Shown here piece after piece: positions 53,401 through 64,000 of a DNA stretch of 64,000 nt. The stretch comes from Antedon mediterranea (taxonomy: Eukaryota; Animalia; Echinodermata). The stretch covers positions 10,349,812 through 10,413,811 of the forward strand of contig NC_092675.1 of NCBI RefSeq assembly GCF_964355755.1, written 5' to 3'. Both the position numbers and the translations under genes were made by a program. Each line of letters begins with the position of its first letter. Position 1 is the first letter of the stretch. Under the pieces are notes generated by a model. That model was not told where the DNA came from, did no database searches, and was given only the letters and a program-made list of their open reading frames with translations.

Positions 53401-56400
53401 ATGCATGCTCATTCATAATGCTGATCTTACCAGTCAAGCCACTGAAATAAAGCAAATGTAAAGTGGTTACCAGTATTTACTTAATGGTTTTTTCCTAATA
53501 CAAACTGTTTTAAAAAATTGCTGGTAAACGGAAGCAGTGATGTGGGTTCGATTTGGTTTTGTTTTTTATTCGTTTTTTGTCAAATTTATCAATAGTATTT
53601 AGGTTTAACACTTTGACTGCCATGTTTGGAAACACAACGCTTGACTGCCAAACACGAAGATCTTCGTGTTGCGCGTTTTTTTATGAAATCCGGTAGATAG
53701 GTTAATTATTGGTATATCCTATAAATATGGACACTATATTCGGTCTGGACCGTCAATATTTTACTTTTTGAAAGTAACTAATCTGGTTACGAACGATTGT
53801 CAAAATGGTACCTGTCGAAATAACATACACCGCGCATCACAGTAGCGCGTACAGCGATGGTTTGGCGCATTGTGTATCGGTCGCGCTAGCTATGCCGCCG
53901 AAGCATTACAAAGGTTTTTGTGGATTGGCATGTTTGTTTGTTATCTGAATAAAAAATAATGGATGAATTTTCAATATGAAGTCTTTAATTTTATTATTGT
54001 ATGTATACCCTAATTGTTTTGGTGTTTCACTGTAATTAAGTGGCCGAGTTTCACGCAACAAACTTGTTTAGAAATGATATGAATATTATCAGGCCTAAAA
54101 AAAAAAATAGTTTGTTTGCGGTCATCCGCCCCCCCCCCCTTCTAATTTGGCAAAAAATTGGGGGCGGAGATACGAAAAAAGTTTTTTTTTACGTTGAGGG
54201 CGCTTTAAAAAAAAAATTGTTTATGATTTTTTTTGGCCGAAAAGGTGTAAATCGCGTGTACGAGGATCAAACAATTAAAATAACAACGTACCGTATATTT
54301 TGGTGTATAATCGCACTTTTGACACGAAAATTTAACCTCTAAATCAAGGGTGCATCTTATACACCGAACATAAATGCCTCAACACACAGATATCGCCACC
54401 TCGTTGGCTAGGCCTGGGCTTTTTAAAAAGGTAAGGCCTAGCTGGGCCTATTACTAAGATTAGGCCTAGCCTAGCTAGTGTACTAGCGTAACAGCAACCT
54501 GCTAGTTTTCAAGGCATTAGCGTGACTTTGTACTAAATATGATGAAAAGATTTGTTCATTATGGAGGCGCTCCGATAAAATTTCATTTGTAAACGTTTAC
54601 GATTGGAATAGTATTATAGTTATACGCACGATCGCCGACCGCCGTACCCCCAGCGAGAGCGAGCCCTTCTTGGCAACCACATGGTGTACAGTATTCGACT
54701 AGTATATTCTCCAGTTGATTATAGCATAGACCTAGCGTACACACTTCTAGGATATATACATTGCCCGATACATAGATACTAATCGAATACGATTGTCTGT
54801 GAAAACGTGCGCCTCTCGATAAAAAGATCGAGCGAGGCTAGCCCACACACACGTGCGGTCATGCACTCGATGTTGCGGGTGCGAAACTCATGAATAACAA
54901 GTTAGAAAGAACTGACGGAATGGGGGACTTCCCTTCTTGCTGAGGCTGGGCGCGGCCGAGCCTAGGTGAGAAAAAACATTGTTTTGATGAAATATAAAGT
55001 GCGTCTTATACATCGACGATATACAAAATACCGATATTTTACTCTCAGTTAGGGGGTGTGTCTTATACACAGTTGCGACTTATACACCGAAATATACGGT
55101 ACACTAAATTCTAAAATATTTAATTAGGCCTGCTAACAACGACCTACTGTGTAGTAGTAGGCCTAGCCTAGGCTAGTTTAGACACAGGGCCTAACACGCC
55201 CAAAACAGAATTAAAGTGTGAACCAAATTATGAATAGATGTTTGAGCTCGTTGTTTTATTCAGTGTGTTTTGTTACTCTCAAATTCGCGTACAATTAACA
55301 GAGAAATTAACATTATAAAAAAAATAAAAAAAATTTTTCTACCCGCCCCCCCCCCCCCCCAACCCTACCAAAAAAAAAAAAACTTTTTAGGCCTCATCAG
55401 TTTACTAGCCAGAGTAGTACTAGGCTAGGCCTAGTCGTAAAACGGTTCCGGACCAACTTTAGGCCTAGTTAACTAGGCCTGGTGTCTTTACTATGTGGAT
55501 TTTGGCGAAACATTGATTTATAAAATGTAATTGTAATACATTTTTCGATAGTGATAACTTGTTTTTATAGGCCTATCGGTGCCGTGTAAGTAACTTTTTC
55601 GTTGTTTGTTAATCTCACCGGGCAATATTTTCATATTCTGATGCCTTGCACAAAATCGCGAATATCTCGACTGTCTAGCGCAAAACCACGAAAAACTCAA
55701 AAAGTGGGTTACTTTCATTTTACTATTACGATTTACATATTGCGATTTGAAAATCGTTCTTGGTACCATTGTAAAGCTAAAATCTTTATGATTATTTTGG
55801 TCTAAATTACATGTAAATCAGATCACATAAATAGTTTCAATCAGCTTTAATAAAAACATCGAATTGGGCTAAAAACGCTGGCGGTGGCAGTTTCTAACTG
55901 GAAAAACCTCTGGCAGTCAAAGTGTTAAGGTTAATTTGTTTCATGGTTTTCACAAGCGCCTTGAGCACCAGGATATGTCCGCTGTATAAATCTTACTATT
56001 ATTATTATTAAACTCAATGTCACAAACACTCAGAAACTAACAATCAAATACAAGTAAACCCAACAATATCAAAGTTGTTAACAAAGTAAAAGTTTTTACC
56101 TTTTTGGTTCTATGAAATCTATACATGGAAACTTGGACTCAAAATCTGGTTTTACACTTGAAAACAATGTACCTGAAAGATGAAAAAAGTGCATAAATAT
56201 CTAATTATAATCATTTCACTTATCTATTAAATAAAATGTATGGTTATTTGTTATTCATTTTACTTCAAAAAATTATTCTTCATGACTATACTTAGTTTTT
56301 TATATTGCCATTAAAAGAAAAAATTAGTAGATATAATTGAGCAGACCCTTACTAGGGTTTTAATTAATTTATCTGAAATATTAAATAAAGACAAAAATGT

Positions 56401-59400
56401 TTACCATTATCATTCATAACAGAAGCTGCATCTACAAAGCCTTTAGCAGCCTTGTGTTCTTCCTTACTATCAGCAGGCAAGATAAGCTCGATGTTAAGAT
56501 CACAATTTTTGAAACCAATTCCACTCAGTGAAGAGCCAAACAAACGCAAATCAAAACCTGTAACATAAATACATCTACAGTCTAGTACAGTAATGGCAGA
56601 CAATGCAGGAATTATAGTCACAGCTGACTGTCGGATTCTCTTCCTTAACCAGACATTATTTAAAACAAATAATGAATCTTTTGTATTCGTGCAATGGTAC
56701 AACACATTTTATTTGCCAGTGAAATATGGAATGATTTGTATCATCACACACATAAAAACATTACTTGTATATCACACATATGCACCTTTCTTTTATGCAA
56801 AAGGAGTATTGAACATTTTTTGAATAATATTAAAGGTTCCTACAATAGGTCTATTGTGATTTTGTTAATTAGGATGTTATGAAAAAGGTTAAATTCAAAT
56901 ACAATTGATCAGAAAAAGCCCGAAAGCAAGCAATTATCATACCTGGCATCTTTTGCTGAAATTCTGTTTTCATTTTTTCAACAGTTTCTCTTCTAGTTTT
57001 CATGTCATCTTTAGACAAGGCATCCTTTTCCACAACAGTTTGTAAAAGTTCACTGAGGACGTCTAAATGAGCAGGCTCAGGTTTTGTCACTTTTCTTATG
57101 GCTTCATCAACTTTTATACTCTAAAGTTAAATTAATAATATTGTTTAAGTTATCAATTGTATTAAAACATCAAGGCTACAAATCATGAAATTAAATAAAC
57201 ACATTCAATGAAATGAAGAAAAAATAAAATAAATTCTAACCTTGAATGCTTTAATATGTTTCTGATCATTGACATGCTTGTTACAGGCGCTGATGTGATC
57301 ACAATGATATTGACAAATTCGACAAAAAAACTTTGCATTCGGAAACTTAGGATTTTTCTAAAGCAAATTGAAAATGTTAATTATAGCTTAAAGTATGGTG
57401 TTAAGATTAAAATTGTGAAACGAATACAAATATATAATGTACAGTACTGTAAAAACTGCATGTTTAAATTATTCACATCTATCTATATATATATATATAA
57501 AGGCAAACACAACAAGTTTGTCCTCTATGCTCGCCACGGTACAACATCCAATTGGTGTGAATTTTGCAATCAATATCAATCTTGCTACGGAGATGGTCAT
57601 GGGCTACATAAAAACCAAATATTTACTGAATTATGACTTATTAAATATTTAAAAAATTTCCTCTGGATCAAAAGGCTATCATATGTGGAATGTCCAGAGG
57701 GCGTCATTCAAGACTACAGTATAAAAGAAGGAATATCGCAAATGGCAGCATTACAGTTTAGAGAGATGAGTCGATAGGTTAGGCACAATTTTTAACTAAT
57801 TAAAGAAAAGCCACGCGGTCGTGGATTAGTTCACTTCCATTTGTAATAATAAACATTTATGATTTTTTATGTAGGCCTTTGAACTCTATTGTTTATATCT
57901 TTCTAAAATTTGAAGCATAGGCCCTATGTTTACAGTATTGGCTTTCTTTCATTCTTAGTGTGTACGAAATCGTACATTGGTTATGCCACCTGTATTTTAA
58001 CATTGGGAATGCAAATTATTCGTTTACGTATAAGGTGTTATTATTACTATAACCTTATGCTACCACGTTTTTATTCTACAGTACACAATTCAATGTTATA
58101 ACCGAGGTTTAAACATAGTACAGGTATTCTTCATTATTCTACTAATCCACCAGATAATTACCAGCTTATCGTTGGTACAGAATCGTAATTATAATTACAA
58201 CTACCTTTTGACGCCTATCATAATTTGTTTACTCTGGATTTTCTAATTTGTAATAAAAAAAGTATGTAAATGTATTTTCATTTTACTTTGCAGTGCTTAC
58301 ATCACTTTACATGATGGATAAATTGTACCTACTGTATAATACTGTTACCGACCGTAAACATTCATGCATACAGTACAGTGCATTTAGCCTACCAGACGTA
58401 CAGTACTGTTGAACTTACTTTCTTTCAATTCTTTGTATCAATAGATTTAAATATAGAAAATGAGACTTCAATTGGAACTCTTGCATGTAAGTTTATATCC
58501 ATTTGATGACAAGTTTCTCGGTGTCATTGAAATTTGTTAGTCATTGGTGCTCACACCCGTCGCAGACGGGTACTAATGCAAGTTTGATATGTACATTTGT
58601 GCATTTATTGAATAAAGGCTCAGAAAAGTTGGTGATGAACTCTGATCAACTTGGACATGACTTTATACTATCTGTTCAATAAAAAATGAAAGAGTGTTTA
58701 CTGTACTTTACACTTACCTTCTTCAGTTTGAACACATAGTCTTTTTCCAGGTTTTTTTCTACTTTGCTTAGGGGTGTTTGAGACTCTGCTGCAGTGTTAG
58801 ATTTGTTTTGATCAACTTGGCGAGTTAACTCATTAGTCTTGCCATTCTCTTTAGCAGGGGTCCTATTCGCCTTTTTTTTCTCTTTCATTTTCTCTTCTTT
58901 CTTGGACACTTTCTTTTGTTTCTCTTTATCAGGTTTTTTTTCCTCCGTCTCCTTTGCAATTTCTGGTATTGTTTCGGTTTCTTCAGGTTTTGATAGAGTA
59001 GTATCTTTTGGTATTTCACTTTTTCTTTCATTTTCATCACTTATATCCTCTTCAGTTACTTCCGTCTTATCATCTACTTTAATACCACCTTTCACATCCA
59101 TATTCCCACTGGTATCTTCTTTCTCAACCATGGTGTTCTTTTCCTCACCTAAATTATCTTCATTGATTGGAGCAATACAGATTTCTTTAGGTTCTGTCAG
59201 CTTTGACGGTTCCTTAGTAGTAGTTTCGTCATTACTTTCACATTTATTATTCACAACAGTATTATCAGTGACCTTTTGATCAACTTCAATTTGTGGGTGC
59301 AAGTTCTTCACCTGTTTATCATCTACTTGGTTCATTTCACTTTCACCTTCATCCTTTTGATAGTCATTCACATTCTCTTTCTTCCCCTCTTCCAATAGAT

Positions 59401-59704
59401 TCTGGTTTTCCTCTTCAGCTTTTGCTTCAATGATTTCTTCTTCTGCATTTTCTTTCTTATCATCTTTGCATAATTTTGATTCTCCATCTAACTCATCCAT
59501 CATTTTACTCTCTTCTTCTGTTTTTACTTCTTCTGTTTTCACTTCTTCTGTTTTCTCTTCATCATTATTCTTCTCCTCTCTTATCAATTTAGCATCACCT
59601 ACATCTTTCCTATCATCCATGGCCACATCTTCCATAGAAACAGTCTCTTTGTTATCGTTATCATCTGACACCAAATGTGCAGTATCACCTCCTGGCGATT
59701 CCAT
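33227..59704 (-). CDS. TUT4/7: Terminal uridylyltransferase TUT4/TUT7-like (ZCCHC11/ZCCHC6 family), complete spliced CDS, ~2186 aa
   Basis: 20 exons with AG/GT ends that join in frame (6561 nt incl. stop). Domain order: acidic N-terminus, C2H2 finger (CRICQYH...H), inactive NTase (FGSS..GFKNCDLNI), PAP-associated, CCHC knuckle, active NTase (FGSSRNGFGFQGSDLD...GDISLYN), PAP-associated with IEDPFDLDHNL (UTP-selecting His as in Cid1), CCHC knuckle, Q-rich tail. Small extra exons cannot be excluded. Confidence 0.93.
34584..34913 (-). CDS. TUT4/7: TUT4/7-like exon 19
   Basis: QSQVYTNSNLQSQP...QQPQTS, AG/GT flanked. Confidence 0.75.
35220..36699 (-). CDS. TUT4/7: TUT4/7-like exon 18 (Q-rich low-complexity)
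   Basis: 1480-nt open exon with polyQ tracts, phases fit neighbours. Confidence 0.82.
37076..37160 (+). pseudogene. 28S rRNA fragment (intronic, non-functional)
   Basis: AAGACCCTGTTGAGCTTGACTCTAGTCTG..TGTGAAGAGA matches the conserved LSU segment, flanks diverged. Confidence 0.85.
37227..37470 (-). CDS. TUT4/7: TUT4/7-like exon 17 (zinc knuckle 2)
   Basis: LTDGCGPPDDRLCRLCGRVGHFVKDCP. Confidence 0.92.
37892..37989 (-). CDS. TUT4/7: TUT4/7-like exon 16
   Basis: MNSFIMLVFQKAREHFGTP. Confidence 0.88.
38068..38210. mobile_element. ~140-bp MITE family (other copies ~6572-6630, ~50575-50710)
   Basis: AAGCTCTGTCTAnACTATCAA / TTGAnAGTGTAGACAGAGCTT inverted ends. Confidence 0.7.
39091..39316 (-). 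CDS. TUT4/7: TUT4/7-like exon 15 (PAP-associated domain 2)
   Basis: SVGELWLGLLRFYTEEFDF...IEDPFDLDHNLGGGVSRK. Confidence 0.94.
40281..41110 (+). mobile_element. Tc1/mariner (Tc2/pogo-like) non-autonomous element
   Basis: TA TSD, TIR CCGTATATTTCGGTG..AAGTCGCA; second copy at 54291-55099. Confidence 0.88.
41532..41609 (-). CDS. TUT4/7: TUT4/7-like exon 14
   Basis: LHPKGERQVKIIDERNVWYYSDIKNL. Confidence 0.87.
42870..44200. repeat. Compound minisatellite (21-bp subunit within ~85-130-bp higher-order units)
   Basis: TTCAAATGGATAGCACATT(C/A)T subunits alternating with GGTAGCACAATCAAATGGATAT..TACTGTACATTATTCTATACGGATTATCG. Confidence 0.95.
44270..44415 (-). mobile_element. Truncated copy of tRNA-SINE (3' part)
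   Basis: Matches 52750-52900. Confidence 0.75.
45545..45658 (-). CDS. TUT4/7: TUT4/7-like exon 13
   Basis: CMIGDASRGSLSSYAYTLMVLFYLQQCKPPLIPVLQE. Confidence 0.94.
45905..46156 (-). CDS. TUT4/7: TUT4/7-like exon 12
   Basis: ITTAKVPIVKF...LEGDISLYNTLAQHNT...DPRVKQLG. Confidence 0.94.
46396..46496 (-). CDS. TUT4/7: TUT4/7-like exon 11 (catalytic GSS...DLD)
   Basis: AKLTLFGSSRNGFGFQGSDLDVCM. Confidence 0.93.
46742..49392 (-). mobile_element. Two head-to-tail Helentron-type (HINE) elements (~46742-47960, ~47961-49392)
   Basis: Each starts (plus strand) AACTAGAyATGA-AACTCGTCA-CTT-TGACGAGTT hairpin + GTTATCC subTIR; far end GGTTATCC...GGATAACC IR; related fragments at ~10290-10640, ~13450-13760, ~17060-17200. 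Confidence 0.78.
49460..49546 (-). CDS. TUT4/7: TUT4/7-like exon 10
   Basis: QFELKEGEHKSRDNIVNALQSHIKRNYP. Confidence 0.85.
49945..50367. repeat. Perfect 209-bp tandem duplication
   Basis: ACGCG at 49945, 50154, 50363; two apparently identical units. Confidence 0.95.
50365..50461 (-). CDS. TUT4/7: TUT4/7-like exon 9
   Basis: NCPDDDLPNLKTLPRM...; completes CX2CX4HX4C. Confidence 0.87.
50808..51721 (-). CDS. TUT4/7: TUT4/7-like exon 8 (contains 12-aa repeat array, start of zinc knuckle 1)
   Basis: DPYNTGKRNVAKSL...YCSHCNKHSHSIK. Confidence 0.9.
51135..51530 (-). repeat. Coding 36-bp minisatellite, 11 copies of SKPETSMSEKAP
   Basis: Directly visible in ORF 50775-51728. Confidence 0.95.
52208..52379 (-). 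CDS. TUT4/7: TUT4/7-like exon 7 (PAP-associated domain 1)
   Basis: SLGELWLGMLKFY...VISIR...KRLAIE. Confidence 0.9.
52725..53044 (-). mobile_element. tRNA-derived SINE
   Basis: A box TGGCCGAGCGG, B box GGTTCGAGGC, unrelated body, A-rich tail, second partial copy at 44270. Confidence 0.82.
53201..53441 (-). CDS. TUT4/7: TUT4/7-like exon 6
   Basis: GLTGKISIMNEHAY...FRKLARLCKID...IFYLQQLDNPVLP. Confidence 0.9.
54092..55393. mobile_element. TIR element with 3-bp TSD (Zator- or PIF/Harbinger-like), middle layer
   Basis: GGCCTAAAAA/TTTTTAGGCC ends flanked by TCA on both sides. Confidence 0.7.
54291..55099 (-). mobile_element. Tc2/pogo-like element, inner layer; inverted relative to the 40281 copy
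   Basis: TA TSD, CCGTATATTT TIRs, body is reverse complement of 40281-41110. Confidence 0.88.
56100..56172 (-). CDS. TUT4/7: TUT4/7-like exon 5
   Basis: FSSVKPDFESKFPCIDFIEPK, phases fit. Confidence 0.85.
56405..56557 (-). CDS. TUT4/7: TUT4/7-like exon 4 (inactive NTase motif)
   Basis: LRLFGSSLSGIGFKNCDLNIEL. Confidence 0.9.
56943..57120 (-). CDS. TUT4/7: TUT4/7-like exon 3
   Basis: KPEPAHLDVLSELL...FQQKMP. Confidence 0.88.
57241..57357 (-). CDS. TUT4/7: TUT4/7-like exon 2 (C2H2/matrin-type zinc finger)
   Basis: KNPKFPNAKFFCRICQYHCDHISACNKHVNDQKHIKAFK. Confidence 0.88.
58718..59704 (-). CDS. TUT4/7: TUT4/7-like coding exon 1 (acidic/Lys-rich N-terminus)
   Basis: ORF from ATG 59704 to GTAAGT donor at 58717; acceptor at 59719-59720. 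Confidence 0.85.
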
Positions 59705-60862
59705 AGTTAAACCATAAACTGCAATGTAAATAAGATTTATTTAGTGGTGGTCACATATTGTTGTTTTACATTCTTAATTAACTGCAATAACACATTATTG
59801 AACCATAGGAGGTCAGTCCTGTGATTATGCAATTACCGATTTAGGGAGGCAAGTTAATACATTTTTGGACCGCACATCCAGTCAGTCGATAAACAATGGC
59901 AACAAAAGATCCTTTAAAAAATTAAAACTTCATTCTAAATATAGTCTCAAATCATGCAGTCAATTGCATGATGGGTTGCCGACAAAAGGCCATAAATGAA
60001 TACATACCTAGATTTTTTCATTAAATGCAATACTCTGTTGATCAAATGTTTTTTTTTTGGTTCTACAGTGTAGTAGTCAACCACGGCCAATAAACTTTAG
60101 ATATTTATACTTTTTCTAGTTTAATCAATCATCACCGACTAGAAGACACTTTAAACTTTAGAAGATTAAATTTGGATAGATGAAATACTCTTTTGCATGC
60201 AGGGTAATTGATTCTTGGAATAGTCTCTCGTATGAGGTGGTTAATGCTGCAACGTTGAATTTTTTTTTATAACTCTTTCCAACAATCATTTTTTCCAATA
60301 TAATTATAATTTTCCATAAAACATACACAACAATTATCATTGGATCCTCCAAACCTTTGCCAGCAAACACCGTCCTTGTTTGTATAATATAGAATGGATA
60401 TAGTATAGAATAGGATAGGAGGGCATGCATCATTCAAATAAGATTAAGAATCAAGCAACAAGAACTAGGCCCAGTTAGAAGAGTGAAAATTATGGATCAC
60501 CCAAAGAATAGCATGCTGGAAGTTTGTCCTAATAATAATATTAAAAGTATCTCGCTTTCCATACGCTAGGCCTAGCTGCTTTATAGCTATATTCCGCAAT
60601 AAACCATCGACACCATTGGTTAGAGTTTATGCCGTGCGTGTAGGATATACCACCGCCAGAGCCTAAACTGCTCACCCTGGAAAAAATCACCATCCTAGAA
60701 AATGACTTTAAACCTTATTAAAAAATATATAAATAAATGTTATGCCACCTCAAATAATTTGCTCACAACTATCTGCCTAATATGATACGATATACCATGT
60801 ATTACTAACCTTGATAATTTAATTTTAAGTCATTAAATACTAGGCAAATCCTTAAAACTTAC

Positions 60863-60960
60863 CCTTTCCTAGCCTGCTTGCTGCTGCTTTACAAGAATCA
60901 AACCGCCCTCATCAGTTCACCTCTCTCCACAAAGCATTTGTTATCTAGGCCTACAACACA
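60863..60960 (-). other. Probable 5'-UTR exon of TUT4/7-like gene
   Basis: Strong AGG|GTAAGT donor at 60863/60862 upstream of the acceptor at 59719; 5' boundary is a guess. Confidence 0.4.
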
Positions 60961-61622
60961 TCAATAATAATATAATTCACTTTGCTTTGTAACTAATGTA
61001 AAAAAAAAATATTTTTAATATTTATTTTTATATAATTTTAAAACAAATAATTATTATATTATTTTTATTAACATTATTATGAATCTAAAGAGTTTACTAC
61101 AAAACATACAATGCGCGTGCGTAATATGATTTAGACTCTCGACCCTTTTCCATGCACAAAAAACGAATCACAAACGTATACACGGGACGTACAGATTGCA
61201 TGTTGTTTATATCATATGCAGCGCGTCGCTAGCCTAGGCCTAGCCTATATTATGATCAAATTTCACGATTGTTTATATTGTCATCATTGAGAGGGGGATC
61301 GGTTTATCAATCACGTAGTTCCTCGGTTCGAATTAGAACAGTAAGTAAGGCAGTAGTAGCCTAGCCTAGTAGTACTATAGGGGTCTACTCTAGACTAACT
61401 AGCTAGGCCTAGGCCTAGCTAGGCCTAGGCCTAGTGCTGAAATCAGCGATGTCCAGTCATCATTCTGAAGATAGGCTAGGCCTAGCCTAATAAAACTAGT
61501 AGTAGTAGGCCTAGGCTAGATAGAAATAGAGGGGAGAGGCGTAGCCGTAGGCTAGTAAAAGGCTACTCAACTCCGAGAGAGAGTAGGCCTAGGCTAGTAG
61601 TTCATATTTCATAAAATAAAAT

Positions 61623-62382
61623 CGCCGTGGTTAGGATTCCGGCACCGGAACTCAACTGCCCACCGTTAGGGAATCCGACACGATATTGCGCATGCCCAGA
61701 ACTCTGGGAAGTGAATTATAGCTTGCACTAATAGTGCCACACACCACACCAACGAGAGTCGGAGTGTTATAGGGATTTACTGTAGCCTAGATAGTCGAGT
61801 CGTTGCGCGAGCGAGAGATGGATGAAACTTGGCCTATGCCATACATGAATTAATAATTAAAATACGACTACGCCACGCGTCAAAATAATTATAATGATAT
61901 TAATAAGAATCGGTATCTATCTAAGAATCGTAATGCTGTTTTTAACGTTGCGACCCCGAATTTCCGAACAGTTTTTTCACATCCACGCGGTGGCTGCCGT
62001 CAACAAATCAACTTGTGATTGCATGTTATGTACAGTATATTAAATGCGTTATGAAAAATCATAAAACTAGTCATGTAATTATATAATTCATAATGATATG
62101 AAGTTTATATATGAATGAACAACCACTTTTTAATTACAAAATAAATAGGCCCACTGGTCACGCCTAACTGGTAGCCCTAGCCTAGATTAGTGGATCCCGC
62201 ATTAGTAGGCATCTAGGCTAGTTCGCCGTGTGGCGCAGCTATGAAATGATCCATCGCTGTATAGTCAAAGAATTGGTATAGTATAGAGTCGCCGATTACC
62301 TCGCTCTGGGCATGCGCAATAGCGTGTCGGATTCCCTAACGCTGGGCAGTTGGGTTCCGGTGCCGGAATCCTAACCACGGCG
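61623..62382. mobile_element. MULE/Mutator-like non-autonomous element
   Basis: ~78-bp TIRs CGCCGTGGTTAGGATTCCGGCACCGGAAC..., exact 9-bp TSD AAATAAAAT. Confidence 0.88.
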
Positions 62383-63274
62383 AAATAAAATTCCCGCCGC
62401 CGGCTTAGCCCTCTATTTTCTAGCCTACCAGTGCCACCTGAGCTCGCTACACTTTAGTTAGGCCTAGGTAAGATACCTACTAGTACTCTAGTGTGGGATT
62501 ACGGTCGAAGCGGCCGCCAACCAAAGCGGCCGCTAGTTCAATAACGGTAATTTGTATGGAACGCCGTGTGCGCTTTGATTGTCGTTGTTTTGTAATTTTG
62601 GATTGTCATAATTGTTTCGATCGACAGGTTTTCTTTTCCTCGGACGTAAATAACAACCTACATTATTAATATTATGTAATTTATTCTCGTTTTTTACAGA
62701 TTGAATGTGATACGTTCTTTTAAACGAAATGGCGAATCGATGATTACTTACTTTAACTGTTCTAAATGATATAGGCCTATATGTTTAATAAAGTCAATAA
62801 AATACATTGTGGTGTTTGTATTATATATTTAAAATATAATATATAATAAGCCAATTATAATAATATATACATTTTTTCAATAAAGTATAACAAATATATA
62901 TATTTGTTATTGTATATTAATATAGTAAAGTAACTACTGTAAGTAGTACATGTTCGCAAACATAATTTAATTACAATAACATGATGACATCAATTTATTT
63001 ATTTAATATCCTAAATTGTTTTATAGTATACCTTCAGATATATAAATATTGATCAATTTAAATGAGTTTTAAATAATAAAATAAGATGCAAGTGTCTGTA
63101 CGGTACGGTAATTAATTACGCGAATTTCTGCTTATAACTCGACTGGCGGCCGGCCAGGAATAGTGCTGTAGAAGGTCGCGTTTTTGTCTTTACGTTGCTT
63201 TATTGAAAACACAAACAATGTATTACAATGGAATAACACTTAAATGTATAACACACCCTATTACTAATCAATAA

Positions 63275-63975
63275 AAACAAGATTCGATAGTACAGTGTAA
63301 ACTAAACGAGATATAAAAATTCGGCTATACCGTACGTAAATTATTATTGCAATAATGTATAAAGATTCGGCAATACCGTACGTAAATTATTAATGCAATA
63401 CTGTATAAAGATTCGATGGTATGTAAATGAGATATAAATATTCGGCAATACCGTACGTAAATTATTATTGCAATACTGTATAAAGATTTGATAGTATGTA
63501 AATGAGATATAAAGATTCGGCAATACCGTACGTAAATTATTAATGCAATACTGTATGAAGATTCTATTGTATGTAAATGAGATATAAAGATTCGGCAATA
63601 CCGTAGTACGTAAATTATTATTGCAATACTGTAAAAAGATTCTATGAGATATAAGGATTCAGCAATACCGTACGTAAATTATTAATGCAATACTGTATAA
63701 GGATTCGATAGTATGTAAATGAGATATAAAGATTCGGCAATACCATACGTAAATTATTAATGCAATACTGTATGAAGATTCGATAGTATGTAAATGAGAT
63801 ATAAATATTTGGCAATACCCGTTGTACGTAAATTATTAATGCAATACTGTATAAAGATTCGATAGGAGAGTGCTCAAGAAACGTCGGGTCAGTTCAACGT
63901 TATTTTTTATGTATTTAAAAAAAAAGGAGATATAAATAAACAAATAAATAGTACGTAAATGAGACATAAAGGTTC
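63275..63975. repeat. 75-bp tandem repeat, ~8-9 copies
   Basis: GAGATATAAA at 63429, 63504, 63579 (period 75). Confidence 0.93.
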
Positions 63976-64000
63976 AATAGTAAGTATGTAGATTATGATG

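Larger units (their letters stand above)
53609..55924. mobile_element. piggyBac-like non-autonomous element (outer layer of a nest)
   Basis: TTAA TSD (53605-53608, 55925-55928), TIR CACTTTGACTGCCA. Confidence 0.82.

Noticed and set aside
58499-58550. Intronic hairpin as miRNA precursor
   Set aside because: Short, relies on G-U pairs on the strand opposite the gene, no recognisable mature sequence.
58839-59717. Plus-strand Ser/Phe-rich ORFs
   Set aside because: Antisense shadows of the Glu/Lys-rich TUT exon; likewise ORFs at 36243-36631.
62400-62760. First exons of a divergent plus-strand gene (donor ~62468, acceptor ~62699)
   Set aside because: Only splice-like signals and no sustained ORF; cannot be supported without transcripts.
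63344-63598. 25-aa repeat protein ORF
   Set aside because: Translation of the 75-bp satellite; neighbouring units have indels.

Overview
AT-rich, intron-rich animal (invertebrate, possibly echinoderm-like; taxon not determinable from sequence alone) genomic DNA. Two spliced protein-coding genes lie on the minus strand. (1) The 5' half (11 coding exons, 433 codons, 18579->6763) of a lysosomal alpha-mannosidase (GH38, MAN2B1-like) that presumably continues left of the window. (2) A complete terminal uridylyltransferase TUT4/TUT7-like gene (20 coding exons in my model, 59704->33227, about 2186 aa) with an internal 12-aa repeat array and an unusually long Q-rich tail. The rest is dense in mobile DNA: a 5.16-kb foldback Academ-like element with ~2.2-kb inverted arms, an L1/Tx1 LINE bracketed by a 190-bp direct repeat and carrying nested Penelope-like elements with hammerhead motifs and a Helitron, Helentron-type non-autonomous elements, nested TIR elements (piggyBac-like, 3-bp TSD, Tc2-like, MULE), CR1/L2 LINEs, a tRNA-SINE, satellites and a 28S rRNA fragment. 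The most unusual signal is a set of TA->TAGCCTA/TAGGCCTA micro-insertions that look like accumulated transposon excision footprints, clustered near both gene 5' ends. All coordinates were read by eye and exon models are unverified by transcripts.
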